Of a DNA stretch of 64,000 bases, positions 1-9,369 are shown piece by piece. Every line of letters begins with the position of its first letter. The stretch's first letter is position 1. Below the pieces are notes generated by a model. That model was not told the DNA's origin and ran no database searches. It was given only the letters and a program-made list of their open reading frames with translations. The DNA is from an uncultured Candidatus Saccharibacteria bacterium (GTDB lineage: Bacteria > Patescibacteriota > Minisyncoccia > Phycocordibacterales > Phycocordibacteraceae), in NCBI GenBank assembly GCA_964634305.1, contig CAZWLE010000001.1, positions 78,120 to 142,119 of the forward strand, written 5' to 3'. Both the position numbers and the translations under genes were made by a program.

Positions 1-1510
1 TAGCCCCTTCATCATCGAAGCTGTGGGTGATTTCGTGACCAATGACCGCACCAATCGCCCCATAGTTAAGAGCTGCGTCTCCGTCAGGGTCAAAGAATGG
101 TGGCTGCAAAATAGCAGCAGGGAACGTGATGTCGTTTAGGTTTGGCGCATTAAACGCATTCACAATCTGTGGTGCGCAGTACCACTCACTACGATCTACC
201 TTCTTTGGAAGTTTTCGCATCTCCCGCTTATGCTCGAATGCTGCAGAGCGCATAAGGTTGCCAATGTAGTCATCAGGACGAATCACTAGTGAGGTGTAGC
301 TGCGCCACTTATCTGGATAGCCAATCTTCCGACCCATGGCATGCAGCTTCTGTAGTGCTTTCTTTTTGGTAGGCGCACTCATCCAATCAAGATTCTTAAT
401 ACGTACCTCGTATGCCTCAAAAAGGTCATCAACAAGCGCATTCATCTTGCGCTTTGCGTGTTCAGTAAAGTGTTTACGCACATAGATACGTCCAAGAGGC
501 TCCGCAAGCGTGCTGTTTACCGCATTTAATACCCGTCGCCAGCGCGGCTTCATCGCTTTTGCGCCGGTCAAGGTTGCGCCATAGAACTGCCAGGTCTGAC
601 GTTCAAACGCAGGAGTGAGCGCACCAGCATAGTCGCTCACGAGCTGCCACTCAAGATAGAGCTTCCAATCCTCAAGAGGAATAAGCGTAAGAAGCTCATC
701 GACGCCCCTTATGAACAATGGCTGCATCACAATGAATGACGTGGCTTTGGGTGCGCCAATCTTAGTCATGAAGCGTTTCCAATCGATACCGGACGCATGC
801 TTCTGGAGCTGCGTCATATTCATTTTGTTGTACGTCTTCTCAATTTCTCGACGAGACACTTTGTCCATTGAAACTCGCGCAAGTGCTGTTTCAAGTGCCA
901 TGATGCGCTCCTGCTCATCTTTAATTGTCTTCGTGGTTCTCCCCATAAGCTTCAACATGCCTGCTACATATGCTGCGTAGGCGTTGCGAACCCGTAGAGA
1001 TTCAGGGTCATCATTGAGGTAGTACTCACAATCGGGCATGCCAAGACCGTCCTGGAAGATATGCAATATGTAGCGCGTCGTATCTTTTGAATCCTGATCA
1101 ATACCGACGCCAAACGGTGCCGAGACTCCTATTCGGCTCAGTGTGGCAGTCATGTCCATCACTTCACCACGGTGCTTAAGAGCACGAATACGGGAGATGA
1201 GGGGGAGCAGCGGTTTCAATCCAAGCTGCGTGCGTCGCTCTATATTCAATCCTGAACGAGTAAAATCACGAATCATACGCTCTGGGGTGCCCGCTTTTGG
1301 CGCAGCACCATTCTCTAACTCATCAAGAATGGCTTTCAATTTCTTGTCGGTTTCGTAGCGAAGAATAAGGAAAGACCCCCAGCGCGACTCCGCTTTCGGT
1401 ATGGGGTTTTTGTCTTGCCAGCCACCGTTCGCGTAATGATAAAAATCATCTTGTGGTCGCACTCGTGTATCCATGCCTTCGGTATCAAATCCCCATCCGC
1501 GTTTCTTCAT
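1..1510 (-). CDS. pepO: M13 family zinc metallopeptidase (neprilysin/PepO-like), 3' end runs off the window
   Basis: Manual minus-strand translation from ATG at 1510: ...VRPQDDFYHYANGGW...KIGYPDKW...VNAFNAP...FPAAILQPPFF...NYGAIGAVIGHEITHSFDD. Contains the HExxH motif. Absent from the ORF track because it has no stop codon in the window. Confidence 0.93.
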   Translation of the reverse strand, partial: MKKRGWGFDTEGMDTRVRPQDDFYHYANGGWQDKNPIPKAESRWGSFLILRYETDKKLKAILDELENGAAPKAGTPERMIRDFTRSGLNIERRTQLGLKPLLPLISRIRALKHRGEVMDMTATLSRIGVSAPFGVGIDQDSKDTTRYILHIFQDGLGMPDCEYYLNDDPESLRVRNAYAAYVAGMLKLMGRTTKTIKDEQERIMALETALARVSMDKVSRREIEKTYNKMNMTQLQKHASGIDWKRFMTKIGAPKATSFIVMQPLFIRGVDELLTLIPLEDWKLYLEWQLVSDYAGALTPAFERQTWQFYGATLTGAKAMKPRWRRVLNAVNSTLAEPLGRIYVRKHFTEHAKRKMNALVDDLFEAYEVRIKNLDWMSAPTKKKALQKLHAMGRKIGYPDKWRSYTSLVIRPDDYIGNLMRSAAFEHKREMRKLPKKVDRSEWYCAPQIVNAFNAPNLNDITFPAAILQPPFFDPDGDAALNYGAIGAVIGHEITHSFDDEGA

Positions 1511-1588
1511 ATAAGGAGTATAACGGAAATTGACATTGTACGCAGACTCGTGTCATATACCTTCGGGGGGCACTACGGAGTTATTCGT

Positions 1589-1792
1589 ATGGCCTTATTC
1601 ATTGAGGTTGAAGCCGTGAACGGCGACAAGTTTTGCTTCGTTGGTGAGACTTTGAGCACCATCGAAGAGCGCGCAAAAGCAACCGGTATCGATATCTATC
1701 GGAACCGCCAGCTCATCAGCGCACAAGACCTCGCCGAATATCACATCACGCTCAATCCACGCCTCGTTCCCTCCGAACAGGAGGTTGCGTGA
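1589..1792 (+). CDS. Small hypothetical protein (67 aa, MALFIEVEAV...)
   Basis: 3' part of ORF 1415..1792. GGAG upstream of ATG 1589, TTGACA at 1530, GC-rich hairpin plus U-tract downstream. Confidence 0.55.
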   Translation: MALFIEVEAVNGDKFCFVGETLSTIEERAKATGIDIYRNRQLISAQDLAEYHITLNPRLVPSEQEVA

Positions 1793-1958
1793 CGGCACCG
1801 CACCTTGCTGCCGGCGTTCCGCTTCACCGCGGACGCCGGTCAGTCTTTTCATACGCGATTGACAAAATCATTATTTTTGGCATTATATTTTAGTCGAAGG
1901 ACCACTTAGACCTGAGAACCCGCTATTGTGCGGAACGGTCGAACGTGATTTGAGGACA

Positions 1959-2069
1959 ATGCAGATGTATTGGATCGTGTTTGTGACTCTGTGGCTTCTT
2001 TTCATCGCTGCGCTCCTCTCAAAGAGCAAGACGATGCAAAAGGTGGCTAGGACGCTCAAACACGACTAA
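1959..2069 (+). CDS. 36-aa single-TM micro-protein (MQMYWIVFVTLWLLFIAALLSKSKTMQKVARTLKHD)
   Basis: GAGGA SD before ATG, TTGACA at 1859, hydrophobic helix plus basic tail, followed by a terminator. Confidence 0.5.
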   Translation: MQMYWIVFVTLWLLFIAALLSKSKTMQKVARTLKHD

Positions 2070-2076
2070 CGCATCA

Positions 2077-2116
2077 CCCTGTCGCGGCGCGCATGCGTCG
2101 CGGCAGGACTTTTTTA
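2077..2116 (+). terminator. Rho-independent terminator
   Basis: CCTGTCGCGGCGC/GCGTCGCGGCAGG stem followed by a T-run. Confidence 0.65.
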
Positions 2117-2141
2117 TGTCTCATATGCTATCGTCTTCCGC

Positions 2142-4061
2142 ATGACAGTATCAGAGGTACGTAAGCGATATCTTGCCTTTTTCGCAGCCCGCGGCCATGT
2201 CGTGATTCCTTCGGCACCGATTGTGCCGGGCAACGACCCAACGACCCTGTTCACATCGTCAGGCATGCAGCCACTCGTGCCCTACCTCCTTGGTAAGGAC
2301 CATCCGGAGGGTAATCGCATTGTGAACTCCCAGATGAGTTTCCGTGCGGGCGATATTGAGGAAGTGGGTGACAATCGCCACACGACCTTCTTTGAAATGC
2401 TTGGTAACTGGTCACTTGGTGACTATTTCAAGAAAGAGCAGCTTCCATGGGTGTTTGAATTTCTTACCTCTAAAGAAGAGGGGCTTGGTCTCGACCCAGA
2501 AAAACTCTACGTCACAGTCTTTGCGGGAGACGCAGAAGCGAATATGCCAGAAGATGTTGAGGCAGCTGGCATTTGGAAAGAATTGTTTGCAGCAAAAGGC
2601 ATCACTGCTGAGTACGCAAATATTGGTAGTGAAGCAGAGGGTTACCAGAAAGGAATGGAGGGTAACGAACGTATCTTTGCGTACGATGCGAAGAAGAACT
2701 GGTGGAGTCGTGCTGGTGTGCCATCGAAGATGCCAGCAGGTGAGCCAGGTGGTCCTGACTCCGAGGTGTTTTATGACTTTGGTCTTCCGCACGACCCAAC
2801 GTGGGGACCAGAGTGCCACCCGAACTGTGACTGTGGTCGCTTTGTTGAGATAGGGAACTCGGTGTTCATGCAGTTTGTAAAGAATGAGGACGGTTCATTC
2901 TCAAATCTTCCTAAACAGAACGTGGACTTTGGTGGTGGTCTTGAGCGTCTTGCCTTTGCCACGATTGGTACGCCAGACGCCTTCCTTATAGATGTCTTCG
3001 ATGCACCACGTACCGTACTTGAGTCTCGTACCGGGAAGAAGTATGGAGAAGACGAAAGAGTCACTCGTTCGATGCGTATCGTGCTTGATCACATGCGCGC
3101 CGCTTCCTTTATGCTTGCCGAAGGCGTTCATCCGTCGAACACCGAAGCGGGCTATGTGCTTCGCCGCCTTATTCGTCGTGCTATTCGCGAAACAGACCGC
3201 CTTGGTGTCCACGACGCCATTCTTCCAGACGTCGCAGAAGGATACGCCGCGGTATACGCTGACCACTACCCACATCTTCAGGAAAATGCAGGAAAGATTC
3301 GTGACGAGCTCGCTAAAGAAGAGGAGCGGTTCCGTAAGACGCTCTCACAAGGTCTTAAGGAGTTTGAAAAGCTCGCAGAAAAGCGTGATGTGTCTGCAGA
3401 AGATGCCTTTGTACTCTTCACCACCTATGGCTTCCCATTTGAGTTGACCGAAGAGCTCGCTAAAGAGCGTGGCATCGCTATCGATACCGATGCGTTCGCT
3501 GCGAAAATGAAAGAGCACCAAGACACCTCACGCGCAGGTGGCGCACAGCGCTTTGCTGGTGGTCTTGCTGACCACGCAGAACAAACCGTGCGCTATCACA
3601 CTACGCACCACATCCTTCTCGCAGCGCTACAGAAGGTACTTGGTACGGAGGTAAAGCAGCGGGGAAGCAACATCACCTCAGAGCGTTTGCGTATCGACTT
3701 CGCCCATGGCGCGAAGATGACCGACGAAGAGAAAAAACAAGTCGAAGACATTGTTAACGATGTCATCTATCAAGACCTCCCGATGACTCGTTCAGTTATG
3801 CCGCGCGAAGAAGCAGAGAAACTTGGTGCTCAAATGGAGTTTGGCGTTAAGTATCCGGATATGGTGTCCGTGTATTCCCTTGGTCCCCTCGGCGCAACGG
3901 AAGCAGATCCTAAAATTGCTGAAGCGTTCTCACTTGAATTCTGTGGTGGGCCACACGTCACCAATACATCAGAGATTCACGAAGGCGGAAAGAAATTTAA
4001 GATTCTGAAAGAAGAAGCGGTTGCTGCAGGAGTACGCCGCATAAAAGCAGTAATGGCCTAA
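2142..4061 (+). CDS. alaS: Alanine--tRNA ligase, short form without C-Ala domain
   Basis: DPTTLFTSSGMQP, HTTFFEMLGNWS, VDFGGGLERL, editing HTTHH and EFCGGPHV; ends directly after GVRRIKA. Confidence 0.97.
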   Translation: MTVSEVRKRYLAFFAARGHVVIPSAPIVPGNDPTTLFTSSGMQPLVPYLLGKDHPEGNRIVNSQMSFRAGDIEEVGDNRHTTFFEMLGNWSLGDYFKKEQLPWVFEFLTSKEEGLGLDPEKLYVTVFAGDAEANMPEDVEAAGIWKELFAAKGITAEYANIGSEAEGYQKGMEGNERIFAYDAKKNWWSRAGVPSKMPAGEPGGPDSEVFYDFGLPHDPTWGPECHPNCDCGRFVEIGNSVFMQFVKNEDGSFSNLPKQNVDFGGGLERLAFATIGTPDAFLIDVFDAPRTVLESRTGKKYGEDERVTRSMRIVLDHMRAASFMLAEGVHPSNTEAGYVLRRLIRRAIRETDRLGVHDAILPDVAEGYAAVYADHYPHLQENAGKIRDELAKEEERFRKTLSQGLKEFEKLAEKRDVSAEDAFVLFTTYGFPFELTEELAKERGIAIDTDAFAAKMKEHQDTSRAGGAQRFAGGLADHAEQTVRYHTTHHILLAALQKVLGTEVKQRGSNITSERLRIDFAHGAKMTDEEKKQVEDIVNDVIYQDLPMTRSVMPREEAEKLGAQMEFGVKYPDMVSVYSLGPLGATEADPKIAEAFSLEFCGGPHVTNTSEIHEGGKKFKILKEEAVAAGVRRIKAVMA

Positions 4062-4064
4062 AGA

Positions 4065-4092
4065 ATGAGGGCCCCGTTGCCGGGGCCCTCAT
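4065..4092. terminator. Hairpin between convergent genes
   Basis: ATGAGGGCCCCG-ttgc-CGGGGCCCTCAT, a perfect 12-bp stem. Confidence 0.6.
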
Positions 4093-4120
4093 GGCCGTTC
4101 GATGCCGTAGACTGGACGTG

Positions 4121-4699
4121 CTAGTCGGCTGCAGGAGCAAGGACGATGACCGACCCGCTCAAGTCATTCGGGTTGCGCTTATCGTCGATATGCACGAGCT
4201 CATCGTCTTCGAGAAGACGTTCGCCCTGAAGGAGCTTCACGCCACCAAGGTCGAGCAATGCGCCGAACGTAAGCTCACGATTGAGACCCACCACGGCAAG
4301 CGTTTGGTCGCCGCGCTTAAACGTGACCGTCGTGTTCGCGTAGGTGTAGAGGCGGATGCTGCTCGACTCTGACGTACCGGTGTTCCCGGTATCATCACTC
4401 ACGAGCGTCATGACGTAGAGGTTCCCCGCATCGCCATCGCCGCCCTTCTTCAGATAACGCGAAAGTGCCTTGTCGAAAAGAAGCGCGACCGTTTCGGACG
4501 TAATATTGTCCAACGTGACGTTCTTGAGCACAGCGGCCGCTTGTACGACCTCTGGGTTGTCGAGAATCATCGCGAGATTGAGGTTGTGGCTCGTCCCGCC
4601 GCCGTCTTTGTAGTCGTCGATTGCTTTCTGAATAACATCCATGACATCCGTGCTCTCAAGGAGAAAAGAAATGTCGTGGGTGTTGATGTGCATGGCCAT
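4121..4699 (-). CDS. Hypothetical protein (192 aa); C-terminal region could be a small beta-grasp-like domain
   Basis: GGAG SD upstream of ATG 4699 and a TTGACG-16-TAATTT promoter further upstream. The fold idea is a guess. Confidence 0.65.
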   Translation of the reverse strand: MAMHINTHDISFLLESTDVMDVIQKAIDDYKDGGGTSHNLNLAMILDNPEVVQAAAVLKNVTLDNITSETVALLFDKALSRYLKKGGDGDAGNLYVMTLVSDDTGNTGTSESSSIRLYTYANTTVTFKRGDQTLAVVGLNRELTFGALLDLGGVKLLQGERLLEDDELVHIDDKRNPNDLSGSVIVLAPAAD

Positions 4700-4795
4700 A
4701 AGTTCTATCTCCAATAACCTGCCCGCCCCGGTGGGGATGAACAGGTGTCTGGAGACGCGATTAACGACCGGTCTGAAAATTACATTTTTTTTACA

Positions 4796-4840
4796 TTTCG
4801 TCAAAATATGCGCTTTTTTGACGAAAGAGTGCGTTACTAT
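4796..4840. promoter_or_regulatory. Divergent promoter region with 11-9-11 inverted repeat
   Basis: TTTCGTCAAAA-N9-TTTTGACGAAA; TACTAT at 4835-4840 lies 7 nt before ATG 4848. Confidence 0.5.
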
Positions 4841-4847
4841 GTAGTCA

Positions 4848-5975
4848 ATGGGATTGTTTGGTGGCACTAACGCACGCTCAGTCGTGCTAATAGATGTAAG
4901 TTCTTCATCCGTACGTGCGGCGTATGCGCGCATTACGCCAAAAGCACCAGTCGCCCTTTACTACGCGATACGCGTACCTATGGAAACTGGTTCAGACACC
5001 AGCGTGTCGTCAACCGACATGCTGCGTACCCTCGATTCAGCACTCCGTGCGCTTCGCCAGGATGGTGCGCCGATACTCCATCGTCGTACGGGAAGCGGAA
5101 GTGTTGCTGCCGCCTTTGTGTCTCTTGGTGGTCCATGGCAGGACGCGTCTATACGAATAGAGACAGTAGGGGATGGTAAACCATTTACGTTTACGGCTGA
5201 CCTCCTTGAAAAGGCCAAAAAGAAGGGTGAGGTACCAAGCGGTCGTATCCGTTCAGAAGACACGATAGTAGCGACGGTATTAAATGGGTATGAGACTAAA
5301 GAACCGGTAGGAAAGAGAGCAAAAGGTGCAGAAATAATCATCCTTTCTGCGTCTATTGAAGCAGAGGTGGCTGAACTGATGCGCAAAACAATAGGTAGCT
5401 TCACGGCACACCGTGACGCACGCTTTTCTACCTTCGCTTCGCTTATTTACGAGTCAGTAGGCGCACTCTTCCCGCACGAAAAGGATTACTTAGGCCTTCG
5501 CGTGTCTGGAGAAGTGAGCGAATTGCTGTTTGTGAAGCACGGCACACCGCTTGCTTCTATTTCCATACCATCTGGTCTTAATGAATTTGTTCGTGCCGCT
5601 AAAGAAAGTGGTGTGAGTGCGTTCCCTGGGACGTCTGAAGTTGATTACACGACGCCCGGACTGTCTGAGCGCATGACGGCTGCACAAAAGAAGTGGACCG
5701 ATGCGATGATCGCATCACTCCAAGCGTTTACCGCAACCCACGCACTCCCGCGTTCACTCTTTTTGGTGACTGATCCTGAAGCACGCGCCTTCATGCATAA
5801 AGCAATAGACGTGCCGGACATTCATGCGCTCTGGCTTTCCGATGAACCACTCTCGGTTATCACCCTTGACCCATCTCATTTTGCAAAAGCCGTTGGTGGA
5901 GAAGCAGGTACGACGGAAGAAGTGCCGTTGAATATGCTTGCGCTTCTGGCACGCGAGCGTTTGGGAAAGAAATAG
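4848..5975 (+). CDS. FtsA/PilM-like actin-fold protein (divergent)
   Basis: N-terminal VLIDVSSSSVRAA phosphate-loop-like motif, VLNGYE, and a second degenerate motif LRVSGEVSEL...SIPSGLNEF. Confidence 0.6.
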   Translation: MGLFGGTNARSVVLIDVSSSSVRAAYARITPKAPVALYYAIRVPMETGSDTSVSSTDMLRTLDSALRALRQDGAPILHRRTGSGSVAAAFVSLGGPWQDASIRIETVGDGKPFTFTADLLEKAKKKGEVPSGRIRSEDTIVATVLNGYETKEPVGKRAKGAEIIILSASIEAEVAELMRKTIGSFTAHRDARFSTFASLIYESVGALFPHEKDYLGLRVSGEVSELLFVKHGTPLASISIPSGLNEFVRAAKESGVSAFPGTSEVDYTTPGLSERMTAAQKKWTDAMIASLQAFTATHALPRSLFLVTDPEARAFMHKAIDVPDIHALWLSDEPLSVITLDPSHFAKAVGGEAGTTEEVPLNMLALLARERLGKK

Positions 5976-6057
5976 GTATCCCCGTCCCATAGTTTGCGAG
6001 GCTCCCCAAGCGGGCTACCATATCCTCATTACGGGCCTTAGTTATTCTTACGCGTAT

Positions 6058-7368
6058 ATGCCGAAAACCATTACCGACATCATCCCGCCGTCGCGTCGCA
6101 AAGCGCTGGAAGGGGAAGGAGGCGAATCAATCGCACCTCCACCGATGCCGTCCATGGATTCGTTTACAACGCCTACCACACCTCCCCCAGTACCACCGCA
6201 ACCACCGGTGCGTCCTATCCCTACCATGAGCATGGACCGTCCTTCAAAAAAGTTCCCTTGGAAACTTCTTATCGCCGCGGTTGTAGTCGTGGTGGTATCT
6301 ATTGGCGCGATGTATGCCTTCTCTGGTGCAAAAGTAACCGTTACGCCAGTCACTAATGCTATTTCAGTCACCGGTGACTTCTCTGCAACACCCTCATCAG
6401 GCGAACTACCCTTTGAGGTCATTACCGTTGAGAAAATAGGTATTCAGTCGGTACCATCAGAAGGCACCGAGACCGCAAACGACCCAGCACAGGGAACCAT
6501 TACCATCTACAACACCCAGGACAAGGTGCAGGAGCTCATTAAGAACACGCGCTTTGAGACTCCTGACGGCCTCATCTTCCGTATTCACGAGTCGATTCGC
6601 GTTCCTGCAGGCTCTACCGAGACACCGGGTACCCTCACGGCAACTGCGTACGCAGACGTTGGTGGCGAGAAGTACAACATTGGCCCAACCACGTTCACCC
6701 TCCCAGGGTTAAAGGGCTCACCAATCGCAAGTCAGGTCTACGCTAAGTCAGAAACGAATATGTCAGGTGGCTTCTCAGGTACTCGTCCATCAGTATCTCA
6801 AGCAACGAAGGACGCACAGTCCCCAAAGATTCGTGAGAGTCTCAGCAATGAACTTGCATCAGCGATTGCCGGCAGCATCCCTGAAGGCTACGTGCTTGTG
6901 CCAGGTTCTATCGCTACCTCATTTGCGCAGATGCCCGCTACCGCAGGTGACGACAACAAGTCGGTAGATGTACAGGAAAAGGGAACCGCAACCGCCATCA
7001 TCTTCCCGAACGAAGCACTCGCCAAAGCGATTGCGTACCGCACGATTGGTACCTACGCCGGTCAGGCAGCAACGGTCGATACCACCGCAAACCTCTCACT
7101 TGCGCCTAAGGACGGCAGCGTCATTGGTGCTAGCAGCGAGACCTTTGCCTTCACCTTGAGTGGCAACACGACCGTCATCTGGACCGTCGACCCAGCCAAA
7201 ATTGCAGGGTCCGTCGCAGGTAAAAGCCGCCAGGCAGCTCAGACGATTCTCGCTGGCTTCCCAGAGGTAGAGAAGGCAGTTCTGTCCCTCAAGCCGTTCT
7301 GGGCAGGCTCCATGCCAGAAGACCCTGAGGAGATTACGGTGGTCGTTGAGGCCGCCCAGGGCAAGTAA
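6058..7368 (+). CDS. Bitopic membrane protein with Pro-rich cytoplasmic N-terminus and Baseplate-J-like extracellular domain
   Basis: TM at WKLLIAAVVVVVVSIGAMYAF; AQGTITIYN...NTRFETPDGLIF...VPAG...GEKYNIGP...SGGFS pattern. Confidence 0.65.
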   Translation: MPKTITDIIPPSRRKALEGEGGESIAPPPMPSMDSFTTPTTPPPVPPQPPVRPIPTMSMDRPSKKFPWKLLIAAVVVVVVSIGAMYAFSGAKVTVTPVTNAISVTGDFSATPSSGELPFEVITVEKIGIQSVPSEGTETANDPAQGTITIYNTQDKVQELIKNTRFETPDGLIFRIHESIRVPAGSTETPGTLTATAYADVGGEKYNIGPTTFTLPGLKGSPIASQVYAKSETNMSGGFSGTRPSVSQATKDAQSPKIRESLSNELASAIAGSIPEGYVLVPGSIATSFAQMPATAGDDNKSVDVQEKGTATAIIFPNEALAKAIAYRTIGTYAGQAATVDTTANLSLAPKDGSVIGASSETFAFTLSGNTTVIWTVDPAKIAGSVAGKSRQAAQTILAGFPEVEKAVLSLKPFWAGSMPEDPEEITVVVEAAQGK

Positions 7369-7382
7369 TCCGAGGTCCTTGT

Positions 7383-7411
7383 TTGACGCTCTAGGGCCTA
7401 TCTGTTACATT
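7383..7411 (+). promoter_or_regulatory. Sigma70-type promoter of the infA-alpha operon
   Basis: TTGACG-17 nt-TACATT with TG extension. Confidence 0.6.
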
Positions 7412-7424
7412 ATTCCGGCAGCAC

Positions 7425-7643
7425 ATGGATGAAGAGAGAGCGCAAGGAACGGCAACCGGCACCGTAGAGGAGGTGTTGCCGAATTCCCTGTTCCGGGTCC
7501 GTATGGAATCTGGAGATTTATTGCTCGCGTATCTTGCAGGCAAGATGCGTTTGCACCGAATCCGCGTCCTGGTAGGTGACTCGGTGGACCTTGTCCTCGA
7601 CCCCTACGGCGGACGCGCTCGCATCGTGAGGCGGCTCAGCTAA
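7425..7643 (+). CDS. infA: Translation initiation factor IF-1
   Basis: [14 protein letters not shown]...[18 protein letters not shown]; position before rpmJ. Confidence 0.96.
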   Translation: MDEERAQGTATGTVEEVLPNSLFRVRMESGDLLLAYLAGKMRLHRIRVLVGDSVDLVLDPYGGRARIVRRLS

Positions 7644-7648
7644 TATTT

Positions 7649-7765
7649 ATGAAAGTACGCGCATCTATCAAAAAGCAGCAGCCGGGGGACCAAATTGTCC
7701 GCCGGAAAGGACGCTTGTACCGCATAAATAAGTTGAAGCCACGCCGTAAGGCGCGCCAGGGCTAG
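7649..7765 (+). CDS. rpmJ: 50S ribosomal protein L36 (Cys-free type)
   Basis: [38 protein letters not shown]; below the ORF-track size cutoff. Confidence 0.95.
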   Translation: MKVRASIKKQQPGDQIVRRKGRLYRINKLKPRRKARQG

Positions 7766-7865
7766 ATAGGTAACGAGTGCAGGGGCATTTGCAGCCTGCG
7801 CTCTTAATTCCGGGCAACCGGGAGGATATTTCAGAACTCACTTAACAAATCAGATTACCCACAGC

Positions 7866-8246
7866 ATGCGTATCGCAGGCGTCACCATTCCGGATAACAA
7901 GCAGCTCGTCTACTCACTCCCGCTCATCTACGGGATTGGTCCTACGCGTGCCCGCGATATTCTTCGCGAAGCAAAGGTAGAGACCACTCGTAAGGGCAGC
8001 GACCTCAACACTGATGAGGAGCAGCGCGTACGCTCACTCGCTGAGGCATACCTCATCGAAGGTGAGCTTCGTCGCGAAATCGCACAGAACGTTAAGCGTC
8101 TTAAGGATATTGGCGCAGCGCGCGGTACTCGCCACGCAAAGCGTCTTCCAGTAAAGGGTCAGCGCACCAAGACTAATTCCCGCACGGTCCGCGGTAACAC
8201 GCGTAAGACCATGGGTTCTGGTCGCCGCACGCTCGAGAAGACATAA
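7866..8246 (+). CDS. rpsM: 30S ribosomal protein S13
   Basis: MRIAGVTIP...IYGIG...LPVKGQRTKTNSRT. Confidence 0.98.
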   Translation: MRIAGVTIPDNKQLVYSLPLIYGIGPTRARDILREAKVETTRKGSDLNTDEEQRVRSLAEAYLIEGELRREIAQNVKRLKDIGAARGTRHAKRLPVKGQRTKTNSRTVRGNTRKTMGSGRRTLEKT

Positions 8247-8270
8247 TCCCTGCTTTTTATCTAACTACCT

Positions 8271-8705
8271 ATGGGAAAGAAACGAATCATCAAGAAGAGC
8301 GGTCGTGGCCTCGATGCAGGTCGCAAGGAGCGCGCACTCGCAAAGTCGGCAAAGCGTCGCCTCGAGAAGGGTGTGCTTCATGTCGAAGCTACCTTCAACA
8401 ACACGAAGGCAGTGCTTACCGACGAAAAGGGCAATGCGGTTATGGCGTCATCAGCTGGCGCACTCGGCTTCTCCGGCGCTCGCAAGTCCACCCCGTACGC
8501 AGCCGCTAAGGTGGGTGAATTGCTTGGCGAAAAGGCCATTACGATTGGTCTTAAGGAAGCATCCGTCATCATCCGTGGTATCGGTGCTGGTCGTGAGTCT
8601 GCACTCCGCGCATTTGCCGGAAAGGGTATCGCTATCCGCGCTATCAAGGACATGACCCCGGTGCCTCACAACGGTCCTCGTGCGCCTAAGCCTCGTCGCG
8701 TCTAG
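8271..8705 (+). CDS. rpsK: 30S ribosomal protein S11
   Basis: ATFNNT, KSTPYAA, TPVPHNGPRAPK. Confidence 0.98.
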   Translation: MGKKRIIKKSGRGLDAGRKERALAKSAKRRLEKGVLHVEATFNNTKAVLTDEKGNAVMASSAGALGFSGARKSTPYAAAKVGELLGEKAITIGLKEASVIIRGIGAGRESALRAFAGKGIAIRAIKDMTPVPHNGPRAPKPRRV

Positions 8706-8719
8706 TCTCTTCTCTCACT

Positions 8720-9334
8720 ATGAAAACTATCTCTAAGTACAAGATTGCGAAGCGTCTCGGCGCTACGGTCTTCGAGAAGACCCAGTCTCAGAAGTTTGCT
8801 ATCGCTGCAGAGCGTGCAGCTAAGAACAAGAAGCGTGGCCGCGGTCGTGGACCGTCGGAATTCGGTAAGCAGCTTCTCGAGAAGCAGAAGGTACGTTTTA
8901 CGTACGGCCTCTCGGAGAAGCAGTTTAGTAACTACGTAAAGCTTGCTATGGCATCCTCAACCGTTACCCCGGTTGAAGCGATGCACCGTGCACTTGAAAT
9001 GCGTCTTGATAACCTCTGCTACCGCCTTGGTCTTGCCTCAACGCGTCGTGCTGCTCGTCAGATGGTGTCTCACGGCCACATCACGGTAAACGGCGTGAAG
9101 ACGACCATTCCTTCTCGCGCCATGCGCATCGGCGATCGTATCGCCGTGCGTGAAGGTTCGAAGGGAGCGGGCATGTTCGCGACCTTTGGGGAGAAGTTCA
9201 TGGAGCGTCCGCTTGCTTCATGGCTTACTTGGAACCCAAAGACCATGGAGGGCGGCGTCACCGAGTACCCGACGGCACAGTCGGCGGATCCGGCGGGCGA
9301 CCTCGTCGCGGTTATGTCGTTCTACAGCCGCTAA
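8720..9334 (+). CDS. rpsD: 30S ribosomal protein S4
   Basis: QLLEKQK, LEMRLDN, ARQMVSHGH. Confidence 0.98.
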   Translation: MKTISKYKIAKRLGATVFEKTQSQKFAIAAERAAKNKKRGRGRGPSEFGKQLLEKQKVRFTYGLSEKQFSNYVKLAMASSTVTPVEAMHRALEMRLDNLCYRLGLASTRRAARQMVSHGHITVNGVKTTIPSRAMRIGDRIAVREGSKGAGMFATFGEKFMERPLASWLTWNPKTMEGGVTEYPTAQSADPAGDLVAVMSFYSR

Positions 9335-9369
9335 TCATTTATTAACGAACAGGTAACTACGATTGAGTT

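Noticed and set aside
1895-1955. TPP riboswitch (CTGAGAACCC)
   Set aside because: The GAACCUGAUC...GCG.AGGGA elements and supporting helices are missing.
2142-4061. alaS as a truncated pseudogene
   Set aside because: The catalytic and editing domains are intact with a clean stop and terminator; C-Ala-less AlaRS is a known natural form.
4700-4933. N-terminal extension of ORF 4121..4933
   Set aside because: It overlaps the divergent gene and promoter region; the SD supports a start at 4699.
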